Shown here one piece after another: positions 12,233 to 23,769 of a stretch of DNA of 64,000 nt; the stretch's first letter is position 1; each line of letters begins with the position of its first letter. Source of the stretch: Selaginella moellendorffii (lineage: Eukaryota > Plantae > Lycopodiophyta); the NCBI RefSeq assembly GCF_000143415.4, contig NW_003314313.1:833430-897429 (forward strand), in the 5' to 3' direction. Below the pieces are notes generated by a model. That model did not search any database, was not told the DNA's origin, and worked only from the letters and a program-made list of their open reading frames with translations. The position numbers and the translations under genes were made by a program.

Positions 12233-14611
12233 TCATTTTAAGAAATGACGTCTAGGCCGCATATTTGCATTTAAGAAACATTTTCTAAAGCAAGAAAGAA
12301 CTTCAGTAGTGAGCATGCCAATGTATGAAACTGCCCTTTCTGCCTCAACAATTGCCTCAAGTGCCTCTTCTCTTCGAGCCTGTTCCTTGGCTGCCTTCTC
12401 GGCTTTCACTGCCTCCTTGTGAGCAACTTCCAAGCAACCATGGCAATGGTCTTTCGAATCCTCGCAAGCCTGATGATACCAGCATTCACAGAATTCACAC
12501 TGCACCCACAGCGTGTCCTCGAGAGTATTACAAACACAACATCTAGGATTTGCCTGCATCAAAAAATAAATTAAAAAAACATGAGAATATATAAAACTGA
12601 AAGCGAAAGCTGATTACCTCTCCACCGTACCGACCATCCCTCAGCCTCCCCAGCTTCTCGTCGATACAGGCCAAGATCTTGTCAAAGCACCCGAAATTAA
12701 GATAGGCCTCATGGTAGATTAGTTCACCACCTCCCGCCACATCACACTTCATTGTCTCAAACCAAGGACTCATGCAGTACACCACCCACGCAAGGACGTG
12801 AGACCTCGACTTGTCATCTGACATGAACAATTCCCGTGCTCTCGACCTGGCATGCTCGTGATCCTCAATCGCCCAAGCCCCTGTTGCAAACTGGATGACT
12901 ACGAAGTGCGAATCTGCAACATAGTAGCAACCGAGTCCTTTCTCAGTCCCATGAATAGGAATGAAAAGCGTCGAAACGGAGATCTCTCTTTGGTCATCGC
13001 CATTGTAAAGCTCCCACGAAAATTGCAGACTGCTGTCGGAGTTATAGTCACGGAGCCTTCTTGGTCATACTTTATGACGGGTTGCTTGTACCGCGTCACA
13101 AGAATGCATGCCTGCTGTGTTTTCAGACCAATTCGTGAGAAAATACCGCGATGGTCGCTTTGGATAACTGGTGTCCATAACCGAATCTGCTCATCGGTCT
13201 GGTCCAAGTTATCCACCGGACTTGCCACCAGCATGAACTGGTTTGCTGCGTAGGAACGAAGCTGCTCTGAGAGACATCTCGCAATCCCGTCATCACCCCT
13301 GTAGAACAGCCCGGCAGCTTGCTCTGCAAAAATTGTCATCATCTTCGTCATCCTCAACAATTCCTTTCGAAAGGAGCTTGGAGAAACGAGGCCAATCTTC
13401 CGAAGGCAGATTCTGGATGTACTCTTTAAGAGCCTTACGGTACTTTCGATCGCTCCTGGTGGCAACCAACCCCGGAACCCAGCCAGTCTTCCACCAAATA
13501 CTTTCTTTCGTAGTATTAGCGTCGGCCTTCACGAACGCCAAGTAGTTTGTTATTTCAACCTCCTGAATCAAACAGATAGAGTTTAGTACAGGCAACTTCA
13601 CATGTGAAGATCAAGCTTACGTTGAATCTGCCATTGACGAAAAGTGCGCGATCTTCCTCCTTCAGAAACTCTTGCCACTTCCCGCACAAGACTACAGCAC
13701 CAAAACTAGCAATACTCCAGAGTAAAACCGCATGCTCAGCAGCTCAGACCATCGTCCAGCACCAGATAAAGCCTTCTGTTGTTATCACCCCGAACTATCT
13801 TCCACATGATCTTGATCACCTGATGGACATCTTTGTCATCCCTGAGGTTCTGAATGTAGTATTGAGCGGCATTGCTGTCGTGATAGCCCAAGGCAAGCGA
13901 CCGGATGAGTGTCAAAGAGGGTTTAGGGTTTAGCGTCCCAGTGATGTGCATCAGGTTACTTATCACTTTTATCCGGGACTCGACTGTCAAGTGCTCCAAG
14001 TTTAACTTCGTGCTGGGATCAGCATCGTCTGGAAAGACTTACAGTGTCCATGCTGCGTCTCTATTCCTCTTTCTAAAGTTTTTCTCCTCAGCACACGGAA
14101 GGCTCGAAAACTCGTCCCTGTTGATGTGCATCAGCCTTCCGTGTGCTAAGGAAAAAAACTTTAGAAAGAGGAATAGAGACGCAGCACGGACACTGTAATT
14201 TCCAGACGATGCCGATCCGAGCATGAAGTTAAACTTGGAGCACCTCACAGTCAAGTCCCGGATAAAAGTGATAAGTGAGCTGATGCACTGCCGGCCCATC
14301 ACTCTGTGTCTGTGCTCTCCATGAACATGATCATGCTTTCCTTACTAGGGTCAGAGAACACCTTCAATGTAAGAACCTTATGTTTTCCATAAACACTATA
14401 AGAGCTTATCAACTTGGCAGCCATCGATACCGCATCTCTGCTAAAGTTGAGCTCAATGGACTTCATGATGGAGCTGAGTGGCAAGCATAGTTAGCATCAA
14501 GATACTATCAAACTCTACCACCACCTACCTGGCGGTGCTCTGCAGACATGCAATGTGAATGAGGGTGGCAAAGGAGTGCTGGACACTTTGTTACTTCAAC
14601 CCACATGACCG
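12233..14611 (-). pseudogene. Crinkler/RHS-like STAND NTPase-REase-like-PHD gene, copy 1 (frameshifted, interrupted by a fold-back)
   Basis: Pieces GRQCISSLITFI..FMLGSASSG, LYLVLDD, TGWVPGLV, LFIPIHGTEKGLGCYYV..VVIQFATG, and a full PHD exon CCVC..WVQCEFCECWYHQAC..HCHGC. Near-identical inverted copy at 19408-21375. Confidence 0.65.
13946..14288. repeat. Fold-back inverted repeat, arms about 160 bp (13946-14104 / 14133-14288), loop about 28 nt
   Basis: ORFs 13905+ and 14039- carry the same peptide on opposite strands. The arms read directly as reverse complements with scattered mismatches. Confidence 0.9.
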
Positions 14612-15959
14612 AGGCCGCTCTGTAAATCGAATCCACATCTCTGATCTGCGAGCTGGTACCTCGCACACGGTGCCGCAGATGGCCTCCGGAACCACCGTCT
14701 TCCTTGCAGGATGCACATGCACATCGTTGCCGGCATTTCCCAAGTGATCGCCCTAGATTAAACAATGTTTAAGCTTGTTTAACAGTGAACCTCAATGCTG
14801 GACACACCTCCCTGTAACATTAGATAGATTAACATTATGGAACTGGGTGTAACTTGAACACATGGAAAAACTCAAATGAGTATATGAAGGGAATGTAAGC
14901 TTATGTTCTGGAGCTAGGGAGAGTTGTGTAGCAGACAGCCAATTACACATTTTAGCACAAACCTTTTACAACTTCTTTGCCTTACACATGTGAATTGCAA
15001 TGGCAGGAGAAGGAGAACAGAGCTAGCATCTTTAGCAAAGTGGTAATATTTCATGGCTAGTATAGATTTTGATGTGCTAAAGGACCACATCAAGTAATAA
15101 TATTAATGTTTTTTTGAGAATGGCAGCAGTCTGAGAGTAAATCCCTCTCATGGTGACGTCTGAGGATAACCATCAGAGCCACCTCTTTTATCTGCTTTGC
15201 ACAATCTAAATACACTGATCCACTGCCAATATCAAATCAAGCTTATGGCAGTTGTTGACCCAGAACAGAAAGAAATGGCTTATACAAAAAGACCAGGATA
15301 ATGAACTTTCTCTCATTGGTCTCCTCAAAGAACACATCACAAATGGATGATGATCATGTTCATGGCGCCTGAGGAATCAGAGCAAAGCTGAGAACCGCCA
15401 TCTCCAGATTTTGCCTAGATCCAGAGTGGCATCCATACCATCATCCCTGACTTGTGAAATTTCCTATGTGCCTCTAGTATATGTTTCAGTGAGTCTACAA
15501 ATTACAATTCTAGACCTTAAAGATGTCCATTGTTTATACAGCTCCAAAGAATTGTCCCCTTGCTTGTTCATGGCTTGAGTTTGAACCATCAAATGCTCCA
15601 AGAAACCATGTCTCTCTCAGGCATTCTCTCAAAAATGGTTCTTCTCGGCTCAAGCTTTCCAGCAAAGCTTGGATCATTGCAATTCTCTTCCGCAATTCAT
15701 GAGGTCTGCGGTCAGCCCTTAATAGAGCTAAGATCTGCCTCGGGATAACATGAAGTTCCACCATGCCAAAACCGAAGACTCGCTCATGTCCAGCAAGCAA
15801 CCGTCCAGAATCATCAGCTGGAAGAGCTCACGTGCTTCAAACTCAGCTCTTGTGATCCTCCAGCACTGAACCATGTCACCCAAAGTTGATATTTTTGGGA
15901 GCTCCAAACTTTACACAGAAGTTACAAAACTTTATTCTTTTCTACCCAATCATGTTGCG

Positions 15960-16500
15960 ACTGGATCGTTTATATGCGTTGAAAACTAAGCACGCCCCAA
16001 TCGCAGCATCTCAGCGAACTGAGAAAGTAGACCCACAGCATTAGTTGTGACAATCCAAAGGAGCAACGCAGCAGCAGGGGGCAGCATTGGCACAGAAAAC
16101 TTAGAGCTCAGCGTCTCAAACGCTTTTAGATCGAGAGATAGATGACTATGGAAAAGCATTTAGACAAGATGCACAATTGACATCGAGGAATTAGAATCAG
16201 ATAAATAAGAAAAGAAAAAGGAACCTTCTGTGCAAGCAGTAAAGCACTACAACGAACGAATCCATGAGCACCATAAGTTAACAGCAACAACAACAAAAAG
16301 TTAAAGGACGGGAAAAGGAAGCAAACAAAAAAAGCAGTACCTCAAAATTGCGTGCTTGTGCTTCTCATGAGCACTGAAGGATCTCCATTTCAATGTAGTA
16401 AGCGAGCAGTATCTCACCCAGCAACGCGATCAGAGGGCCAGAGGAAATCAAAGATAAAACAAAACACACCTTTCTCAGCCTCAATAATGCCGCGGATCGC
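15960..16500. repeat. Dispersed repeat family B, copy (others about 21360-22530, 27986-28280, 44890-46060, 48880-49470)
   Basis: Shared text ctggatcgtttatatgcgttgaaaacta...gcattagttgtgacaatccaaaggagcaac at 15960 and 27987, with reverse complements near 22120 and 45650. Confidence 0.75.
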
Positions 16501-16619
16501 CTGGAGAACGCGCTAGTGTAATAGAGCGCAGGAGAGAAGTAAGGAGAGCGTCTAGAAGCAAACCCTAAAGAGCGCGAAAATATTTTGAAATATATTTGAC
16601 TCAACGCGAAGACAGCAGG

Positions 16620-17330
16620 GCATTTGTCCAATTCGGCCGGGCGCTCCGGAATCGCATCTAGCTGCAGTAGATTTCTGGGCGCAAGAAGCAGAGGTACAGC
16701 TCTTGGGATCGGTTTTAGGCGGACACGGACGAGGAAGAACCGGTTTGATGAATCGTTCTCTTCTTTTTCCTCTAGGCGATCTTGGTTGGATTAGAGGGAG
16801 AGAAACCAGTGGAGAGCACTGGTGGTGATATTCTCGCTGAACTGGGAAGCAGCTGGAGGCTGGAGAGCATTGGGGAACTTATGCAGCGTGGAGCTTCACG
16901 CAGTGGCACCGAGTTTGCATCTTCAAGCTCGGGCTTTTAGACACGGCCAGAAAGCTTATCAAAGGGTGAGTCTTCGTTCCATCTTTATCCCTCCTGTGTG
17001 GTGAGCTTCCAGGTTTTTTTGAAAGCTTGAGCCGGGACTAAAACTTCGTCATGAATCCAGGACGTTTTGTGTGTTGTCGATCGATCCATACCAACAAAAC
17101 GACAAGGTAATAATCGAGTTTTCTCTTTTCTTCTAGTTGAGGTAAACCAATGGCAAAGTTGATGGCTCGAAACAACGATCTAGCCAGGGAAGATCTGTGA
17201 TCTCATCACCAAGGGACAGGTTTACTCCAAGATCTTCGCAAGCGACGCTCACTCGAAGGACATCTACCTATTGAACTTGGCTGTTCTCATGTTTTCTAAG
17301 TGTTCTAGCGTCAAAGATGCCCGCATCAGC
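16620..17330 (+). pseudogene. Deleted inverted duplicate of the SSB gene plus the 5' end of the PPR gene at 59.6-60.8 kb
   Basis: ttcacgcagtggcaccgagtttgc..cttcaagctcgggcttttagaca.ggccagaaagct matches 60180-60245. tactccaagatcttcgcaagcgacgctcactcgaaggacatctacc matches 59680-59730. Confidence 0.85.
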
Positions 17331-17639
17331 ATGCTGGGAGCTATTAACTGTATGATAGATGTTTCAAAACTAAATGATACATATCAGTCTCATTCACCTG
17401 AGTCAGCTGATTAGATGAATGATAGCCAAGAATTGAATTTAGACGGGGCGTTGCCGCCATTGCTCAGAGCGCCTTCCGGGCAGTGTAAGTGTGAATTTGT
17501 TTGGTCAAACCAATATGGTCAGGAACATCGCATTGGTCGCAGCCATCATCCTCCCTCTGTTGGTAACCTTAGCTTATATCAAGCTCGAGTCTTAAGAGAC
17601 ATCAGCTACTAAGGCATGCACAGCAGCCAGTTCTGGAGT

Positions 17640-18800
17640 GGTCCTCTTTGATTGGAACCGAGCCAATATCCTGGAAAGGATTACAGGCGGTTCGTCTACT
17701 TGTCCAGGTAGATGGTGACCAGCCCCACCAAACAGTCGACTAAGTTCGTAAAACTTTTCCAAAGAGTTGCGAGCAACCTCAAAGATTTTGCATCAATAAT
17801 TCTTCTTTCGCAGCGAAGAGTTTCCCTCGTCACAAAGCCCACCAAAGCTCCCATAGCACTGCTAACGTTGTTCCTCCAGAGCAAGTCCGGATGGAAATCC
17901 CCAGTACGGAGTTTGGGACTTGGATTTAATGGATGTCCAGCAGCAGCCAAAGAATCCGAGGCCTCGAAGTAGCACCAACGTCAAAGGATAGAAAGACGAA
18001 GAAGAAAATAATGGAATATGGAGGGACTGGTTGGCCTTGTCAAGAATCGGCCTGGGATGAGACAGGTCAGCTTTGGCTTGAAACAAACGAAAGACCTTAC
18101 ACGATGCTGATTCATGTGTACATGCACTTTCGCAGAACGTCTTGGTGGAATCAGGTACAAAAAGAAAAGAGTCATGGTCGCGTGGGAAACAATTGCCATG
18201 ATTTGTGTTAGACACGGAGCGTAAGATCGTCGCCTTGAGCTCGGCGACACTAGCAGCATCGGGAATTTGGAGCTTGTCTTTGTCAGAAGCGCATAAAACC
18301 CAATCCCATTTGATGGAATCCCAGAATGAAAGCAAAATGTGGGAAGAATCCAGAGGCCTACTCTCGAGAGACACGCAGCCAGAAGAGCCGAAATCGCGCC
18401 TAAATCTTAAAATCAGGACGTTTAAATTTAAACTAGGGTATTTCGTACAAGTAGTATCGTACATCGTTAGCGAACGATTCTAAGAATATGCTCTATCAAG
18501 TGAGAATTTTTTTTTCTTCTCTTCTGGAGTTGAAACAGCGAAACCAACCTTTTGCCAAGTTATATTGACGGCGAGGAGAATGATCCACCATAGCTTGAAA
18601 CGGAAATCAAAGCTCATAGCCGGAAAAGGCTGTCCACCATATGATTTAGTTGTGGAAAGAATGAGAGGGTTTCTCATGGAAAACCAGGAGCTTGGCCATG
18701 GAAGATGTTTCTGTCATCTTATTATGCTTGAGGAAGCGGGCCTTAAAACTCATCATCATCAATGGGCGTTGCAGCCATACTTCCCTGAACTCCTTTCCAA
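17640..18800. repeat. Chimeric segment of unidentified gene fragments (one PPR-like), inverted duplicate of 26775-27960
   Basis: Peptides KRKSKLIA..GCPP..YDLVVERMRGFLMENQELGHGRCF (18565+ vs 26772-) and MEYGGTG.PCQES..ETGQLWLETNER (17933+ vs 27270-). Confidence 0.85.
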
Positions 18801-19395
18801 GCTTTGTGACGGCATGACATGTGGCAAGTCCATGCAAAACAATATCATCAATTCTTTGGCCACCTTCAAGTGATAAAACTGGTCCAAAGGAGTTAGTGAC
18901 GACACTCTGAACTCCAACAAAATCGAGTCCCTAGTTTGTCAATGTCCCGGTTTTGTCAAAACAGAAAATTCGTATCTTCCCAGCGATGTGCATTGGAGTT
19001 GGATTGAGCCAAAACACTCCACGCTTCTGTAAGAAAAAAATTCAAAGGAACTGGAAACAGGAGGTCTGCTGAGCGTACACCATCGCCGCGAGCAGCACCG
19101 CCATGACGGGGATGACCACATCCCGACCCGCGAGTAGAAATCCATCCTCAAGAAGGCGTGCCTTTAAACTCTTCAGAGCGTGAATCTGTCCAACTTCAAG
19201 AGCAACCGCCAATAGTGGCGACATTATCTAATTTATGATGAACATACAGTAGATCACTTTGTTACCCAAATACCCTGCTGTCCGTTCATGTTCTGGTCCA
19301 CAATAAACAGACAGTTTGGAAAAATGATTTCATATAGAGAATCATGAATATATACCTGAAACTTTATGGACACACCAAAGCGTACAGCTCCAAAA
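18790..19395 (-). pseudogene. P5B-type ATPase fragment (TM3-TM4 and DKTGT phosphorylation exon)
   Basis: Minus strand reads MSPLLAVALEVGQIHA...KRGVFWLNPTPMHIAGKIRIFCFDKTGTLTN*GLDFVGV...LHGLATCHAV. 19250-19385 matches 24578-24715. Confidence 0.85.
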
Positions 19396-19407
19396 ATCCA
19401 GCAGCAT

Positions 19408-21375
19408 CGGTCATGTGGGTTGAAGTTAACAAAGTGTCCAGCACTCCTTTGCCGCCCTCATTCACATTGCATGTCCGCAGAGCACCGCCAGGTAGGTGGT
19501 GGTAGAGTTTGATAGTATCTTGATGCTAACTATGCTTGCCACTCAGCTCCATCATCAAGTCCATTGAGCTCAACTTTTGCCAGCATTAGCAGAGATGCGG
19601 TATCGATGGCTGCCGAGTTGATAAGCTCTTATGGTGTTCATGGAAAACATAAGGTTCTTACACTGGAGGCGCTCTCCATGATGCACGTCAACGGGGAAGA
19701 GTTTTCGAAGTATCCAGCTTTGACACTCATCCGGTCGCTTGCCTTGGGCTATCACGACAGCCATGCCGCTCAATACTACATTCAGAACCTCAGGGATGAC
19801 AAAGATGTCCATCAGGTGATCAAGATCATGTGGAAGATAGTTCGGGGTGATAACAACAGAAGGCTTTATCTGGTGCTGGACGATGGTCTGAGATCTCTGC
19901 TGAGCATGCGGTTTTACTCCGGCGTATTGTTAGTTTTGGTGCTGTAGTCTTGTGTGGGAAGTGGCAAGAGTTTCTGAAGGAGGAAGATCGCGCACTTTTC
20001 GTCAATGGCGGATTCAACGTAAGCTTGATCTTCACATGTGAAGTTGCCTGTACTAAACTCTATCTGTTTGATTCAGGAGGTTGAAATAACAAACTACTTG
20101 GCGTTCGTGAAGGCCGACGCTAATACTACGAAAGAAAGTATTTGGTGGAAGACTGGCTGGGTTCCGGGGTTGGTTGCCACCAGGAGCGATCGAAAGTACC
20201 GTAAGGCTCTTAAAGAGTACATCCAGAATCTGCCTTCGGAAGATTGGCCTCGTTTCTCCAAGCTCCTTTCGAAAGGAATTGTTGAGGATGACGAAGATGA
20301 TGACAATTTTTGCAGAGCAAGCTGCCGGGCTGTTCTACAGGGGTGATGACGGGATTGCGAGATGTCTCTCAGAGCAGCTTCGTTCCTACGCAGCAAACCA
20401 GTTCATGCTGGTGGCAAGTCCGGTGGATAACTTGGACCAGACCGATGAGCAGATTCGGTTATGGACACCAGTTATCCAAAGCGACCATCGCGGTATTTTC
20501 TCACGAATTGGTCTGAAAACACAGCAGGCATGCATTCTTGTGACGCGGTACAAGCAACCCGTCATAAAGTATGACCAAGAAGGCTCCGTGACTATAACTC
20601 CGACAGCAGTCTGCAATTTTCGTGGGAGCTTTACAATGGCGATGACCAAAGAGAGATCTCCGTTTCGACGCTTTTCATTCCTATTCATGGGACTGAGAAA
20701 GGACTCGGTTGCTACTATGTTGCAGATTCGCACTTCGTAGTCATCCAGTTTGCAACAGGGGCTTGGGCGATTGAGGATCACGAGCATGCCAGGTCGAGAG
20801 CACGGGAATTGTTCATGTCAGATGACAAGTCGAGGTCTCACGTCCTTGCGTGGGTGGTGTACTGCATGAGTCCTTGGTTTGAGACAAGGAAGTTTGATGT
20901 GGCGGGAGGTGGTGAACTAATCTACCAAGAGGCCTATCTTAATTTCAGGTGCTTTGACAAGATCTTGGCCTGTATCGATGAGAAGCTGGGGAAGCTGAGG
21001 GATGGTCGGTACGGTGGAGAGGTAATCAGCTTTCGCTTTCAGTTTTATAATTTATTTTTTGATGCAGGCAAATCCTAGATGTTGTATTTGTAATACTCCC
21101 GAGGACACGCTGTGGGTGCAATGTGAATTCTGTGAATGCTGGTATCATCAGGCTTGCGAGGATTCGAAAGACCATTGCTCACAAGGAGGCAGTGAAAGCC
21201 AAGAAGGTAGCCCATCTAGAACAGGAGGCACTCGAGGCAATTGTTGAGGCAGAAGTGCATGCAAGGGATGGCAGAGGTCAGCTTCATACATGGGCATGCT
21301 CATTGCTGTTCAAAGCTCTTTATGCAGCCACTGAAAAGCTCGTAAACGACGTCTGGGTTCGAATCTCGCAAAAGT
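19408..21375 (+). pseudogene. Crinkler/RHS-like NTPase-REase-like-PHD gene, copy 2 (Walker A deleted, PHD end deleted)
   Basis: ORFs 20038, 20174 and 20310 are amino-acid identical to minus-strand ORFs 13293, 12899 and 13123 (coordinates sum to 33639). Confidence 0.7.
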
Positions 21376-21632
21376 TGGCAGCCCGAGTTTAAAAATTAGC
21401 GCGATCGAGGTTCCGAACCAAGCTTTGATTCCAAGACACGATCTCGATGCTGGAGAAGAAGAGAAGAACCCATTTGAGTCCATCCTTCTCATGGCTTTCC
21501 AGCTAAACTCCGGGCTGTTTGGTTTAGGGTTTTACATACGCTGCTCTGGCGCGTTCTCCGTCTCCATCCAGCCGCATTATTGAGCGTGACAAGGTATGCT
21601 CTGCTTTATTGATCTTTGATCTTCTCTGGGCC

Positions 21633-21920
21633 TGGGGCGAGTTACTGCTCTGCGGGGCGCCAGTTACGGGGGCGAGTTACTGCTCTGCGGGGCGCGAGTT
21701 ACTGGGGCGAGTTACTGCTCTCCAGGGCGCGAGTTACGGGGGCGCGAGTTACTGGGGCGAGTTACTGCTCTCCGGGGCCCGAGTTACGGGGGCGAGTTAC
21801 TGCTCTCCGGGCGCGAGTTACGGGGGCTAGTTACTGCTCTGCGGGGCGCGAGTTACTGCTCTGCGGGGCGCGAGTTACTGCTCTGCGGGGCGCGAGTTAC
21901 GGGGGCGAGTTAGTGCTCTG
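21633..21920. repeat. GC-rich minisatellite, unit about GGGGCGCGAGTTACTGCTCT(G/C)C with shorter GGGGCGAGTTAC variants
   Basis: Directly visible tandem array. It produces spurious GASY/GRVTA repeat ORFs. Confidence 0.92.
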
Positions 21921-22668
21921 CAGGACTGAATTTTGGCGTAAGAAAGTGGTGATTTTTGGCAAGACCTTTCATATTGCTTTCAGATTTTGCTCGTGGATTC
22001 GGTCGTTGTTGTTTACTGCTTGAACAGAAGGCTCGTTCCTGGTTCTAGCTCCTCGATGTCGATCGTTCTTCTTGTTGAAATGCTTTTCCCTATAAGTTTT
22101 CTGTGCCTCCTCCTCCTTTGGATTGTTGTGACTAGCTTGCAGCCCCTGTTTCTCCAGTTCGCAGCGATGGTGCGACCGGGGTGTGCGAACTTGGCCGGAC
22201 AGGAGCTTTTGCAAGTGTTGCCCTCCACGGAGCAGACATTGTTGCACACGGTGTAAAGAACACAGCAGCGCAAAGCTTTCCCAAGTTCGCGTGTCCTGGA
22301 GGGACTGCCGGCCTCATCAGCAGCATGGCAGAATACTCCAGCAGGGTGGAGCTCCATGATCGGACAGTGGTGTAGAGCTGTCGAGGCTTTTGCAGGAGAT
22401 TGGAAGTAGCAGGATTTCCTGAAGCTCGAAGAATTCTCGGAAACTCTTGAGCTCTAAGTTCTCTGTGCCTCCTTCTCCCTTGGATTGTTGTGACTAATGC
22501 CGTGCTCGCAGCCCCTTTTTCTCCAGTTTCTGCTTAGCGACTCCAGTTTCTTTTCCTTTTACAGTGACTACTTTACATAGATCCCTTTGGTAGCCCTCTA
22601 AGGGTATTTCCCTTTTCGATATTTAGGGTTCTTGGTTTTGCGCTTAGGGTTTGCGGCGATTTCCGGCG

Positions 22669-23383
22669 ATGGCGATGGTCGGAGTTTACCAGAGCGCGCA
22701 AGGGACTGCTGCTCCACCGCATGGCAAGGAGATGCTACGCAGCGGGCAAGACATCAAGATCGTGGGCGGGAGGGCGTTCAACGTTTATCCCGGGGAGGAG
22801 TATCTTCACATCCTCCCCGAGGATAAAGAAAACAAGTAAGGATTCTTTATTGTCTCAGAAATTTTTCTCAAAAATCTTTGTTATACTCAGGGGGTTTCTC
22901 TTGAGGAAGGATGGCTTCCCTGACGAAGCAGTTCGCCATGCTGCAGCGATGGAGTACATCGCAGTGGAACTAGCAGACCAGAAAGAGAACCTGGAAAGGT
23001 ATTTCTCCTCTTTTGTGGTTTTTCTCCTCTTTGTGGTTTTTCTAAACGGTTTTTCTGATGGTTTTTTATTTTGCAGGGTGGTTGGAGCTCAACGAGGCAT
23101 ACAGGTGCGACTCAGCCGTCAAATCGACGAGGGGAGAACCAAATGGCAGGGACAAATGCTGGAGAACATCCGGCTAAACGCGAGTAATAAAAGGCTGCAG
23201 GAGCAAATTCACGTCCTTCAGGCAAAAGTCGACTTCCTCGAAGCCGAAAACAGGGATCTGCAGGCGAAGAATGTGGGTCTTGAGAAACGCGTACTTGACC
23301 TCGAGAACGATCTCTCCTGCATGGGAGCTGTGCAGAGAGAGATCCTTCTGAGTCTTCAGAAGCTGCACTTGGCTAGTGGCTAG
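22669..23383 (+). CDS. Small intron-containing coiled-coil protein of unknown function (repeat-associated)
   Basis: Exons MAMVGVYQ..GQDIKIVGGRAFNVYPGEE, GFLLRKDGFPDEAV..ENLER and VVGAQRG..LQAKVDFLEAENRDLQAKNVGLEKRVLDLENDLSCMGAV with GT-AG boundaries. Telo-boxes upstream. Confidence 0.5.
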
Positions 23384-23769
23384 ATGCACGAAAGAAGCGG
23401 GGAAAGTATTCTAGTGTTTGCTATTTCTCATTTTTTATTTTTTTGCAGGTGGCACTTTTTTTGTAACCTTTGCGAGTTTGAGTAAAGCCATAATTCGAGA
23501 TCTCTTTTGTTTTTTGAGTCATTGAGCTTGCCTGAAAATCACTGCAGGCCTGCATTGCAGCGGATCTCTGACCAGGGTTTGTCTCTCTCGCGTTTTGCTG
23601 ATGCAGGGTCCTTTTCTTGTGAGTTCCAAAGCTATGCTTGCAAAAGGTCCATAGCAACGAGTATAGCAACGAGCATCGTGTAAGGTACTGCACTGACTTT
23701 GAGCTTCTTCTTTTTCATTTCCTCTAATCCCAGCTTTCCTTCTCGTGACAGCATCCCGAGATGTTTGGC

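Noticed and set aside
12170-12240. Two GTTCGAATC B-box-like motifs on the minus strand (possible tRNA/SINE)
   Set aside because: No cloverleaf, A box or tail can be built. The motifs are part of the repeat A/B junction.
14520-14600. LPPSFTLHVRRAP as a Crinkler HVLV-type header motif
   Set aside because: Too short and divergent to count as evidence. Worth rechecking only with an intact paralog.
14770-15950. Possible coding remnant on the minus strand
   Set aside because: Short broken frames with no motif I can assign.
21633-21920. CRISPR-like array
   Set aside because: No unique spacers, eukaryotic context and no cas genes. It is a plain minisatellite.
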